A DNA stretch of 64,000 bases from Neoechinorhynchus agilis (taxonomy: Eukaryota > Animalia > Acanthocephala), in the NCBI GenBank assembly GCA_051530055.1, contig CM121342.1, positions 3,285,489 through 3,349,488 of the forward strand. The letters run 5' to 3'. Positions within the stretch are counted from its first letter, which is position 1, and each line of letters begins with the position of its first letter. The translations under genes were made by a program, and so were the position numbers. This document shows, one piece after another, positions 9,701 through 20,442 of the stretch. The notes beneath the pieces were generated by a model, which saw only the letters and a program-made list of their open reading frames with translations, searched no databases and had not been told where the DNA came from.

Positions 9701-10413
9701 ATATCGTCTATATATCAACGATTATTGAATATCATGAAAAGAAAACGATAATCGCTTATTTAAAGCGTAAACTTTTCTCGGCATAGAATTTGTGGACTAT
9801 TAAGCGAAAACAGAAGCAAATTTCTAGGTCGCAGATGAAATCTCGAACACAAAAACGAGATTATCGCCCCTCCCTCGCCTATGGATGCTTTCGAAGTGAC
9901 GTAATTGTTTGCGTTGCGTATTCCACGATTGCGGACTAATGTTTTACGCAAAAAACTGATCTCAGAGAAACGCTGAATTCGTCCTTTCGACCACTACAAA
10001 AAAAGACCGAAGCGGAGATGTGAAAGTTTTTAAAAACTTTTTGTTCGCCTAAATTCTTTAGTCGTATCCATCGGTTATATTATCAATCTTTCTCTCAGTC
10101 GATAGAGGCAATGTTCACCTCCGATTATCTCAATTCCGTCGGTCGTTTTTGAGGTTTTTTATACTTGAATTGATAAAATCATCGATTGAATCTGTCGGAA
10201 TATTCGACTCTGACGATCACGGTTTCAGGACCGACCGAAATTGATAACAAATTCTTTTCCTTATTTAAAAATTAACTGATTGCACATCAACGGTTTATTT
10301 TTAAGGCAAATCTTTTTAAAATGAACGTGAACGCTTTTCAGAAAATTATCATTGAATGCAATTCGACGGATATTGAACAATCTTCACCCGCACTAAAACC
10401 CCTCCATGATTAT

Positions 10414-10492
10414 CTTTCATTTTTTATGTGCCCTCTGAGATGCAATCGCACCATTGCTCATCATTGGGCTTTGACTTTTCGCCAATACTCAT
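10414..10492 (-). ncRNA. Candidate kink-turn structured RNA, family Y variant (Z)
   Basis: Minus strand GCCC-A-ATGATGA-gcaat-GGTGC-gatt-GCATC-t-CAGA-GGGC (core 10430-10469). Perfect C-box; the donor is mutated to ATGAGT. Confidence 0.45.
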
Positions 10493-10540
10493 TGTTATTT
10501 ATTTTATTTTTTAGCCAATACAAACAATTTGAATTTAATT

Positions 10541-11645
10541 TTTTTTATGTGGAAGTTTTTATTTTTTTTAAGTTTTTTTTAAGAGCATACATAATTTATC
10601 GTTTCTTCGACGCCCCTATTCATCGGCGCAGGCCAAAATGCTAGCCGCATTGCCCCGCCATATATTGAATGTCAAATTTTCTGACACAGGTTGGCGACAG
10701 GCTACTTTTCCCACGACTTATGGTGGTTTGGGAGTTCGCACCACTTCAGACGTCGCTTTACCTGCCTTCCTCTCCTCTTGCCGGGCAAGTAAAGTCTATG
10801 TCGATGCCATTTTAGGCAAATCGCTGAAGGATGCGATCTTTGAAACAGGATTATATCAATGGCATCAATTGACAGGCATCAACCAGCTCCCCGCAAATGA
10901 GTGCAAGCAGTCGTCTTGGGACATTCCTCTCGTTCAGAAGATTCACAACTCTTTCAAAGATCTTCTGGATGAGGTGTCTCAGGTCCGGCTGGTAGCCTGT
11001 TCCACGAAGGAGTCGGGAGCGTGGTTGAATGCTCTCCCTGTAGGGAAACTTGGAACTCTCCTTGCTGACTCAGTCGTCAGGATCGCAGTATCCTTGAGAT
11101 TAGGTCTACCGATTTGCATCCCGCATCGCTGCCGCTGCGGCACTATAGTGGATTCTTCGGGGAGACACGGTCTCATATGCAAGACGTCATCGGGACGATT
11201 TCCAAGGCATGCTGAAATCAATGCCATTCTGAGTAGGACCCTAAAAACGCTTTCCCTTCCAAACATTCTAGAACCCACTAATCTTTGTAGATTAGATGGA
11301 AGACGCCCTGATGGCGTGACCGTATTTCCTTGGCGGGAGGGAAAATGTTTGTTGTGGGATGCAACGTGTGTGGACACGTTGGCAAACTCCAACATCAGCC
11401 ACTCGAAAAAAGGTCCAGGAGGAGCGGCGACGGCTGCAGAGGATCGGAAATGTTCAAAATACAGGGAGCTAATCCGAAATTACCATTTTGTCCCCTTCGG
11501 TGTGGAAACGTATGGGGCCTTGGGAGGGCCGGCACTGGTCCTCGTGAAGGAATTGGGGAAACAGCATTTTGGCCTGCGCCGATGAATAGGGGCGTCGAAG
11601 AAACTATAAATTATGTATGCTCTTAAAAAAAACTTATAAAAAAAA
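10541..11645. mobile_element. TIR-bounded element (~81-bp TIRs) carrying a CRE-derived endonuclease fragment
   Basis: 10562-10642 and 11563-11645 are inverted repeats (one mismatch, one 2-nt indel). Direct repeat AATTTGAATTTAATT at 10526-10540 and 11644-11658. Confidence 0.7.
10638..11585 (+). CDS. 315-aa stand-alone CCHC zinc-knuckle + restriction-like endonuclease ORF derived from a CRE-like element (family D)
   Basis: Uninterrupted ORF with WRQATFP...GGLGVR, CRCGTIVDSSGRHGLIC, RRPDG, LLWDATCVDT, KCSKY, FVPFGVETYG. No RT catalytic core. ATG lies in the left TIR and TGA in the right TIR. Expression is unproven. Confidence 0.6.
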   Translation: MLAALPRHILNVKFSDTGWRQATFPTTYGGLGVRTTSDVALPAFLSSCRASKVYVDAILGKSLKDAIFETGLYQWHQLTGINQLPANECKQSSWDIPLVQKIHNSFKDLLDEVSQVRLVACSTKESGAWLNALPVGKLGTLLADSVVRIAVSLRLGLPICIPHRCRCGTIVDSSGRHGLICKTSSGRFPRHAEINAILSRTLKTLSLPNILEPTNLCRLDGRRPDGVTVFPWREGKCLLWDATCVDTLANSNISHSKKGPGGAATAAEDRKCSKYRELIRNYHFVPFGVETYGALGGPALVLVKELGKQHFGLRR

Positions 11646-11730
11646 TTTGAATTTAATTAAATCGGCCCAAATCGGTTTATATTGGAAAGAGACCTCAATT
11701 AAAGGCAATGCTTCGATTACATAAGCAGCG

Positions 11731-13450
11731 ATGAATATAATAATCATAAACTGGTCGGACCGGAGGTTATCCGAATCAGAGGAGGAGGTTCTAAGACTTG
11801 GACCGAATTTCATACCCAAAACAAAGGTTAAGGATATAGAAATGCGATGTGACACAGAAATCATGGTCAGTAGATTGCCGAACGACATGATAGGTGGAAT
11901 TATGGATTATGATCTGAGAGCGAGACGAATGTCTGAGAAGTGCCGAAAAGACGATAACTTGACGCCGGAACAAAGAGCTGCTCTGAAAATTTTGTCAAAA
12001 GTTGCATCAATTTGCATATGTAAAGCAGACAAAGGGCCCGAGTTAGTTATTTTGAACTCAGCAGACTATATTCAAGCAGGTTACGGGTTATTACGGTCAG
12101 AACAATTCAACACACTTGATCATGATCCTACAGAAAAGAGGGGAAAAGAAATGAACAAAATATTGCTAGAGTTGAAGAAAGCAGCTAAAATCACGGAGGA
12201 GACATACCGAAGATGTAGATCTAATAATGCAACAACCGCAAACATGTATCTACTATCTAAGATACATAAGCCGAAACTCCAAATCAGAACGGTCTTAGCG
12301 GCGTATTTGTCGTTTAACCACTCGTTGGCGAAAATGCTGAACACGTGTATTAGGGGCTGTAGACCACTAAACGAACATGGAGTTTTAAACGGACCAATAT
12401 TAGCAGAAGAAGTGCGGAATCTTCCATCAAACACATCATGGTTTATAACGGCCGATATTAAATCTTTATTCACTAACAATCCTCTTCAAGAGACCATTGA
12501 GTTGACGGCTATAATACTCGAGAAAAACTGTGGCGTACCAAAATTGGACTTGATCACATGGTCTAAACTACTAACTCTATGCACGAAAAAATCAGCATTC
12601 AAATTCAACGACAGTATTTTCGAGCAAGTGGACGGAGTGGCGGAAGGATATAAAAAACGATATAAGAGGATTAACACACTGGTGGAGATATGTTGATGAT
12701 GTTTGCATGGTATTCAACAATGATCCCAGTGATTTAGAGGTTTAAAGTAAGCGAGAGAAAAACAATCGCATATCTTTTATGGACGTGGAAATGGTGAAAC
12801 ATGTGGACAGAATCGAAACAAAGGTATACAGAAAACCCAACATAAACTGGCACACAAGTAAATGGACATCACATTCTCCTGTGAGATACAAGATAGCAGC
12901 ATCGGATGCCTTATTCAGGAGAGCAATGAGAATATGCTCCGAGGCGAAAGGACAGAGGCAAGAAATTGACTCAATAACATCAATGCTAAGAGAGGAGGGA
13001 TATCCGAATTGGGCAATTAAAAGGTCCTTAATGAAGACGAGGATGAGTTTTCAGCGAGAGAAGAATGAGACGAACACTACATCGAAAAACAACCCGAAAC
13101 CCACCGCCAATCAGAAAATATTCTTGGAATCAAAATTCATCAATGAAGCAACTCTGAACAAATTGCAGCATCTTATAAGAAGATGCAAGACCCATTCGGT
13201 GTCAATATATTCTAAAGCAGCAACGAAGTTGGCGGGTGTATTCAAAAAGAAACCAAAACAAGAGGATAAAATTATAATCTATAAAGTACCATGCAGACAA
13301 TGTGGAAAATATTATGTTGGACAAACAAGTCAAAGACTAAAAAGCGCATTGACCAGCATAAATATTGTGTGCGCAGAGCAGATACGTCATCCGCCATCAA
13401 TAATCATGTTGTAAAAAACGAATCATGAGATCGGATTTCCACTACAACAG
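11731..13450 (+). mobile_element. Penelope-like element (RT + GIY-YIG), degenerate, 3'-truncated
   Basis: NWSDRRLSESEEEVLRLGPNF; RT motif DIKSLFT; frameshifted RYVDD near 12686; IIYKVPCRQCGKYYVGQTSQRL (GIY-YIG with CxxC), continuing out of frame as KRIDQHKY...NHVVKTNHEIGF. Confidence 0.9.
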
Positions 13451-14414
13451 GTCTAATTAAAAGGATAACACAAATACCGTCGTTTTCAATGATCTAATTA
13501 AAGGAGCAAAGAATGCGTAAAAAAACCCGATTATATCTCAACTTTCGTGTTGTGTCAACGCTCGATTTATAGAAAATTTCAAAATGTTTCATAAACTACT
13601 AAGCAAATAAAAAATGTTTATCTTCTTGTTTAGGTCGCTTTCCACATCCGAGAGGAGGAAACCAAAACTTTCGATGGAAACAATACAGATTATTCCCTAA
13701 AGTTGAGGATACCTCCTGACAATGAGGTTGCCGAATTCCTTAATTGACTGAAGAAGTCAAGTGTGATTGGACGAAATATTTCAATTAAAGCGATTCTTTG
13801 ATATATAATTTTCCCCGCCGCCACATAAAATCGACGGTTTGAATTAGAGTCATTTTATCAATTCAATCAGTAAATTGCGGTTCTTAACCATAAGGAAATT
13901 TTTCTAAAGGGGAAACCTCGCCTCTTTAATCATCTAAAAAGATGTTTTGTCTAAAAGGCTCGAGTTAACAGGTTCGCAACTTCCAACAAAGTTCGGGGAC
14001 CGTGTGCCCGCTTGCAATGTATCGTGTGTTCTATTGTTTTTTAGTTTTACACCCAAATTCGCCCTATTGCCTTCCATTGTATTAGCCGCAGAGATGTGTG
14101 TAAGGTCTCAAGGACAAGACGCCTTTCAAGATTTGGCTCCTTTGATGTTTTACGCTGAAATTTGCTTTATTGCCTTACCAATACAAGAGATAAAGCTGTG
14201 AGGCTTTCTCGTGAAATATTTCAATTGAAAAAAAAGGTTTTATTCGGTCGATTACGAACGCCATAACTTTAAAACTTTCTTGCCTTATTCTCTTCAGACA
14301 AAAATATCCGTTACGTATTTACCCAGGAAGTTTCGTTTTCGGATAAAAGAAAAAGGCCAACATACGAGTATTTTTTTCATCCACACGATCCAACGTCGTA
14401 AACACTTGCAAACA

Positions 14415-14494
14415 GTGAGTATTGGCGAAAAGCCAAAGCCCAGTGATGACCGAAGGTGCGATTGCATCTCAGAGGGCACATAAAAAAATGAAAG
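14415..14494 (+). ncRNA. Candidate kink-turn structured RNA, family Y copy 1
   Basis: GTGAGT, GGC-gaaaa-GCC, GCCC-A-GTGATGA-ccgaa-GGTGC-gatt-GCATC-t-CAGA-GGGC (14438-14477). Confidence 0.45.
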
Positions 14495-14824
14495 ATAATC
14501 AACGGAGGGGTTTTAGCGCAGGTGAAGATTGTTCAATTTTCTGAAAAGCGTTCACGTTCATTTTAAAAAGATTTGCCTTAAAAATAAACCGTTGATGTGC
14601 AATCAGTTAATTTTTAAATAAGGAAAAGAATTTGTTATCAATCTCGGTCGTTCCTGAAACCGAGATCGTCAGAGTCGAATATTCCGACGGATTCAATCGA
14701 TGATTTTATCAATTCAAGTATAAAAAACCTCAAAAGCGACCGACGGAATTGAGATAATCGGAGGTGAACATTGTCTCTATCGACTGAGAGAAAGATTAAT
14801 AATCTAACCGATGAATACGACTTG

Positions 14825-16520
14825 TCCCTTGTGTCCTTCGACAAATCGTTTCGAGGGGTCCTACGCAAAGCTCACGTTTTTAGGGGAGATTTTTCAAAGC
14901 CACCGAATCGGAGCCGAGTTTCAACCCGTTCAATGACCCAACGCACCGAAGGCTTACGGGTATTTTAGAAATTCGTACTGAGCTGCGACCCCTCTTGTAT
15001 TCAACGATCACATCATTCCTTCCGATTGAGGCGTTGCGCTCACAGTGAACGAATTAGTGCATTCTCTTGATGCCGTATTCAATGCCTTTTACTTGCACGA
15101 TACTACGCTGGGAGGCGATCCCAAGGTAGTTGTCCGTGACCTGGAGAAAATCAAGATGGGGGCTAGCAAACTGGGCATTGAATTGAACACAGAAAAGTGC
15201 GAAATTCTATTCCGTAACATAGAGAGCGGCCCTGCAAAAGACGTAATAAAGCGTGACTTTGAAAATGTTGCACCCGGGATAGAAATGATCGACCTTGTTG
15301 GGCAGTTGCGTCTTTGATAGGAATGCAGAAAACTAAAATAACAGCCTTCTAAAGAAATTATCGGTGCTTTGCGATATAGTCTGCGAGCTTGGATCACACG
15401 AGGCTTTGTTCTTGATAAAGTACACCCTCTTCATCCCCAAGTTCCTTTATGTTCAACGCACTGCCCCGTTTTTCAAGCACGAGGTTCAGCGTGGCAAGCT
15501 AGATGACAGATTGAAGGACTGTCTCGAGCAAGTTTTAAATGTCCAGCTGCCAGAAGAGGCATGGCGACAAGCATCCTTGCCTGTATCTTCTGGCGGGTTG
15601 GGTATCCGGAAAACAGCAGACATATCTCTGCCCGCATCTTTAGGCTCCTATGAACGAAGCGTAGTTCAGCGCATTTTGAAATCTACTTATCATTTTGATA
15701 GGCATTTTGAAGAGGGAATCAGTGAGTGGTGTAACTGTGAATGGCCAAAAACAATCTGTGAGGGTTCGACCTCTCGTCGCAAGTGTTCAAGGCTCTCTCT
15801 TATCAGACTCAAGCGACGACGTTGTCCGTGCCAGGTTGTCAGCAGTCTCCAGTAGAGAATCAGGTGCTTGGTTGAACGCGGTCCCGTTGGCATTTGTGGG
15901 TATTCTCCTCTTCGACCAGGCAGTACGGGTCGGAGTTTCAATGAGACTGGGACTACCGATGTGTCATCCCCACCGATGCCGCTGCGGTACAAATGTGGAT
16001 TCGTCAGGACGTCATGGTCTCATCTGTAGAAAATCAGCCGGCAGATTCGCAGCCGAAATTAACATGGTGCTGAGCCGGGCACTTGTTACGCGGTAAATAC
16101 CCCCAATATTTTGGAACCTGTCAACCTCTGTAAGGACGACGGGCGTAGACCAGATTGGGTGACCGCATTTCCGTGGCGGGAGGGTAAATGCCTCCTCTGG
16201 GGCGCCATTTCTGTCGATATACTCGCAGCCAGCAATCTCACGTTCTCCGTGGTTCAAGCTGGAGGTGCAGCGAGCCCTGCGGAAGGACGGAAAACGGCGA
16301 AATACCTTGATTTAGCCCGGGTTCATGTGTTTGTGCCTTTTGGGGTTGAGACTTACGGATCTATTATAGCGAGGCTCTTCAACTCCTGAGGGATTTGAAT
16401 CGACGCCTTCAGGTTGTTGAGAGGCAACACTGCAAGCATTCAGGCGACAATTGAGGACGAGGACGGCGAACAATTATGTTTATATCTTAAAACAATAAAT
16501 TGATGAAACTTTCAAAAAAC
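14825..16520 (+). mobile_element. CRE-like family A, degenerate, with internal deletion and intact 3' end
   Basis: FYLHDTTLGGDP (RT), WRQASLPVSSGGLGIR, CRCGTNVDSSGRHGLIC, RRPDW, PFGVETYG; 3' UTR with AATAAA near 16494. Confidence 0.85.
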
Positions 16521-17664
16521 AATCGCAATTCAGATTCAATTGAAACGCCTAGGATATGCCAATCATCTACTACAAACTTTATTGATCAAGATGAATTCCT
16601 TTCAGTTTACAAAGATTTCTAAGAACAAAGAAACGGAACGAAGTACCTTTGGGTCCTCTTAAACACCTGAGTCATGATAAAATAAATGAATTCGGTTTAT
16701 TGATTTCGGAGTTGATTACGAGTTTGGTCGGGTTGAAAAAGTTGGTGATTATCGTTTGTAGGAGAATTTGTAAGGTAGAGTCTTTCCTTCGGTTCATTTC
16801 GATATCCGTGAGAAGATTTGGCAGTATGGAAAATGGAGTGGAGGAAGAGGTATCTGCGAGGTTGAAGGAGGATGAAAAGAATTGCAATTTCGGGGGTTTT
16901 GCTCGTTAGGGGAATAAAATGAGGTAAAAATTATGGTGTTGAAATTTAGGAGCAATTAAATTATTAAATATACATAACGCATTCGAGAGAAGATAAATTG
17001 CGTGGAATTAGAAGTGTGGTTTTTAAGACTTTATGTGAACCTCGACGGATTCATCATCAGTTCCGGTAACTCCTAACTGACCGGACTTGTAATCCATTTC
17101 AAAATCAATAGCCACATTCATTTAACCTGTTCAGAACTCCAGTGTTCATGAGCACTCAAAGGCGTTTGGTTCCTTTTCTTTTTTCATGAAAAAAACAAAA
17201 TTGGGTGAAGTATCGGAAAAGACTTCATTATAAAAATCTCAAATGGCGATTTTTGTTCTGAAGATTAAATCCAGTTTGAACGTAGTTTATCCGCGAATTA
17301 ATTGGGACCGGACACGATTCAGATACGAGATTTTTCCGGATAACCCAAAAAAAATTAATGTTGTGATTTATCCAATTCTTAAAGTTAGACTACAAATATC
17401 AAAGTTCTAAAAATGCGAGGGAAATGGTTTTTGAAAAAGCAAAATAGGGGAAAAGGATTACATAACTTTAGCGTTATTGTTGAAAATAATCATCTTGAGT
17501 GACTGTAATTGAGTAGGGCAGCATTCTGATCTGGATAATTGACGTTCAGATATAGGACGCTCCAATTTAGTTTATATAAACATCAGAGGAAATTCAATTT
17601 AAAATTAGGGAATTAGTTTAAAAAGAGCTACAAAAATGCTGAATAGTTCAAATCTTAACTCGAA

Positions 17665-17760
17665 CTTCTCGCTGGCAGTACAACGGGGCAATGCTGCCAG
17701 CGTGATGGCGACGGTCGAGGAAGGACAAAAGCTGGAATTTGGTGGGAGGTGGTGAATGTA
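17665..17760 (+). mobile_element. 3'-end fragment of CRE-like family B
   Basis: Encodes LAVQRGNAASVMATVEEGQKLEFGGRW*. Confidence 0.75.
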
Positions 17761-17879
17761 AAGAAAAGTAACCCAATTAGTAAATGGCGTAAAAAATAAT
17801 CCCAAAATTCCCCAGCTAAATAGACGTGACAGTATTTTAAAAAGATTTGCCTTAAAAATAGACCGTTGATGTGAAATCC

Positions 17880-19075
17880 AATGGACATCAGTGTTCGGCA
17901 GGTCGTTTTGACGGAAACAAACTCTCAAGAACGTTGGACTGCCTTGCTCCACACTGCGTATTATCAGCAGCTTCTCAACTCATGCTCATCTCCCACCGAT
18001 TGAGCTAGTCTCCTGGCAGTCTCAGCTCCAAACTCCAGTGACTTGAAGGCTTTCCCGATCACAGCTGTTGGCACGAGGCTGGATGACCAAGCCATCACCG
18101 TCGCAGTGGGGCTTCGGTTGGGCATCCAATTCTCAGACTCATTTACATGTCGGTGCGGTGGAATAGTGAATAGGTCGAAAACTCACGGCTTTGACTGCAA
18201 GCGTTCAAATGCTCGCCGCGCACGGCACTCAGCAGTCAACCGCTCAATCAAGGATGCCCTCTCAACGGCCGGTTTTCCTGCTCAACTCGAACCAGTCGGA
18301 CTCTCCCGGAACGACGGTAAACGCCCTGATGGAGCGACTCTCCTCCCATGGTGCTCCGGGAAAATACTGGTTTGGGATTGTACCTGCCCCAACACGCTCG
18401 CAGGATCGCAGTTACGGGATGGCACCTCAAAGGCGGGAGCAGTCGCCAGCTTCAGCGAGGAAAAGAAGCGGCAGAAGTACTCCTCGCTCGATGGGCATCA
18501 ATATTATTTCATCCCGATTGCGGTGGATACACTGGGATGTCTCGGTAAAGAAGCCGATTATTTCCTTTCTCGACTGGGAAAGATACTGAAATATGCCACC
18601 GGCGATATGCGCTCCAGCAGCTTCCTGCTGCAGCGAATCAGCGCGGCGATGCAAACCTGTCAATCTCTGTAAGGACGACGGGCGTAGGCCTGATGGGGTG
18701 ACCGCATTTAAATGCCACCTCCGGGACGCCATTTGTGTCGATACACTCAAGGCCAGCAATCTTAAGTTCTCGGTGGTTCAAGCTGGAGGTGCAGCGAGCC
18801 CTGCGGAAGGACGGAAAACGGCGAAATACCTTGATTTAACCCGGGTTCATGTGTTTGTGCCTTTTGGGGTAGAGACCTACGGATCTCTCATAGCGAGGCT
18901 CTTCAACTCCTGAAGGATCTGAAGCGACGCCTTCAGGTTGTAGAGAGGCAACACTGCAAGCATTCAGGCGACAGTTGAGGACGAGGACGGCGAACAATTA
19001 TGTTTATATCTTAAAACAATAAATTGATGAAACTTTCAAAAAAAATTCGCAATTCAGATTCGATTGAAACGATAA
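17880..19075 (+). mobile_element. Chimera: CRE-like family C RLE region (to ~18655) fused to family A 3' end
   Basis: ORF 18043-18672 matches 31546-32202 up to QRISAAMQ, then switches to family A sequence matching ~16115-16520. Confidence 0.85.
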
Positions 19076-20442
19076 GGATTCACCAATCATCTACCGCAGT
19101 TTCCAAAGACTTCTAAGGTTATCAGGCGTTTTATTATTGAACAAAGAAACGGAACGAAGTACCGTTGGGTCCTCTTAAACACTTGAGTCCTGATAAAATA
19201 AATGAATTCGGTTTATTGATTTCAGAGTGGATAACAAGTTTGGTCGGGTTGAAAAAGTTGGTGATTATCGTTTGTAGGAGAATTTGTAAGGTAGAGTCTT
19301 TCCTTCGGTTCATTTCGATATCCGTGAGAAGATTTGGCAGTATGGAAAATGGAGTGGAGGAAGGGGGATCTGCGAGGTTGAGGGTTGATTAATAGAATTG
19401 CGATTTCGAGGGTTTTGCTCGTTAGGGGAATAAAATGAGGTAAAAATTATGGTGTTGAAATTTATTAGCGTTTATATTGTCTGTTGAAAATCTTACAAGG
19501 GTATTATTCGGTGAACGCAAGCGAACTTGAATTTAAGAAAAATCATTTGTAAACAAGCATCGTCGAGTCCTTATTTATTGGCAATACTTAAAGTAAGGTC
19601 AAGTAATTTAAAAATTAAATTTTATTAGAACCGTTAGAAAATCTAGTGTCCCCTTATCACATATATTGTAATTATTTTATTTTTTGTAAGTCGGGTCAGC
19701 CGGTAACTTTTATTAAGGCCTTTTTACGGTTGATAGGCTGTGTGCCCGAGGAAAATTATCAGCCGTGAAAATGGCGACACAGATATTTAATTTTATATTT
19801 GAGCACTGATTTTGATCACGACTCTTTAAAAAGAAACTCAAATCTACACATGACTTTATTTACTTTTAAAAATATTTTCAATTTTCTATGGTCTTTATCA
19901 TAAGCACTTGCTTTGAATGACTACACTCGTAAAGATCAATAGATCGTTGTTTTACATTTTCGTTTCACTTTATTCGATTAGAAAATAGTTTTACGCGGTC
20001 AAGTTTAATTCGACAAAATAGAATTTTCAAATCTGATGCTTGATTTGAAGAATACTTCATGTTTACTTCTATCGAATCGTTCACGAAGTTAACTGAACTG
20101 CAAAGCTGTACCATAAGTCAGCCAATCTCTTTGGCTTGATTCGGAATGGATTTCTGTTAAGTAAATTTGGAATATCAAGCATTTGCACACTCGTAAATAT
20201 TTATAAATCGTATCAAAGAGTCGTTTTAGAGATTCGTTGCAACTTTTGCGTTTCTTTAATCAGATGTCGCTGTCCTGAGCAATAACGAGGAACTACCGTT
20301 CATCAAAACCGTTTCGGTATAATTAAGAAGGAATCGAAATTTCAGCTCCGACGTTGAACCGAATTTAGATTCTTTATAAAAACTAAATCTACTCGGCTTT
20401 CAAGCACAATAGAAGTGAACTCATTTCAGCTCGAACGTTGAA

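Larger units (their letters stand above)
5130..10490. repeat. Segmental duplication arm, inverted and rearranged copy of ~46780-53290
   Basis: Same module order in reverse (block D, RTE1, block E, RTE2/CRE-A chimera, CRE-A, block F, K-turn motif), with internal deletions such as ~620 bp of CRE-A missing near 7385. Confidence 0.9.
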
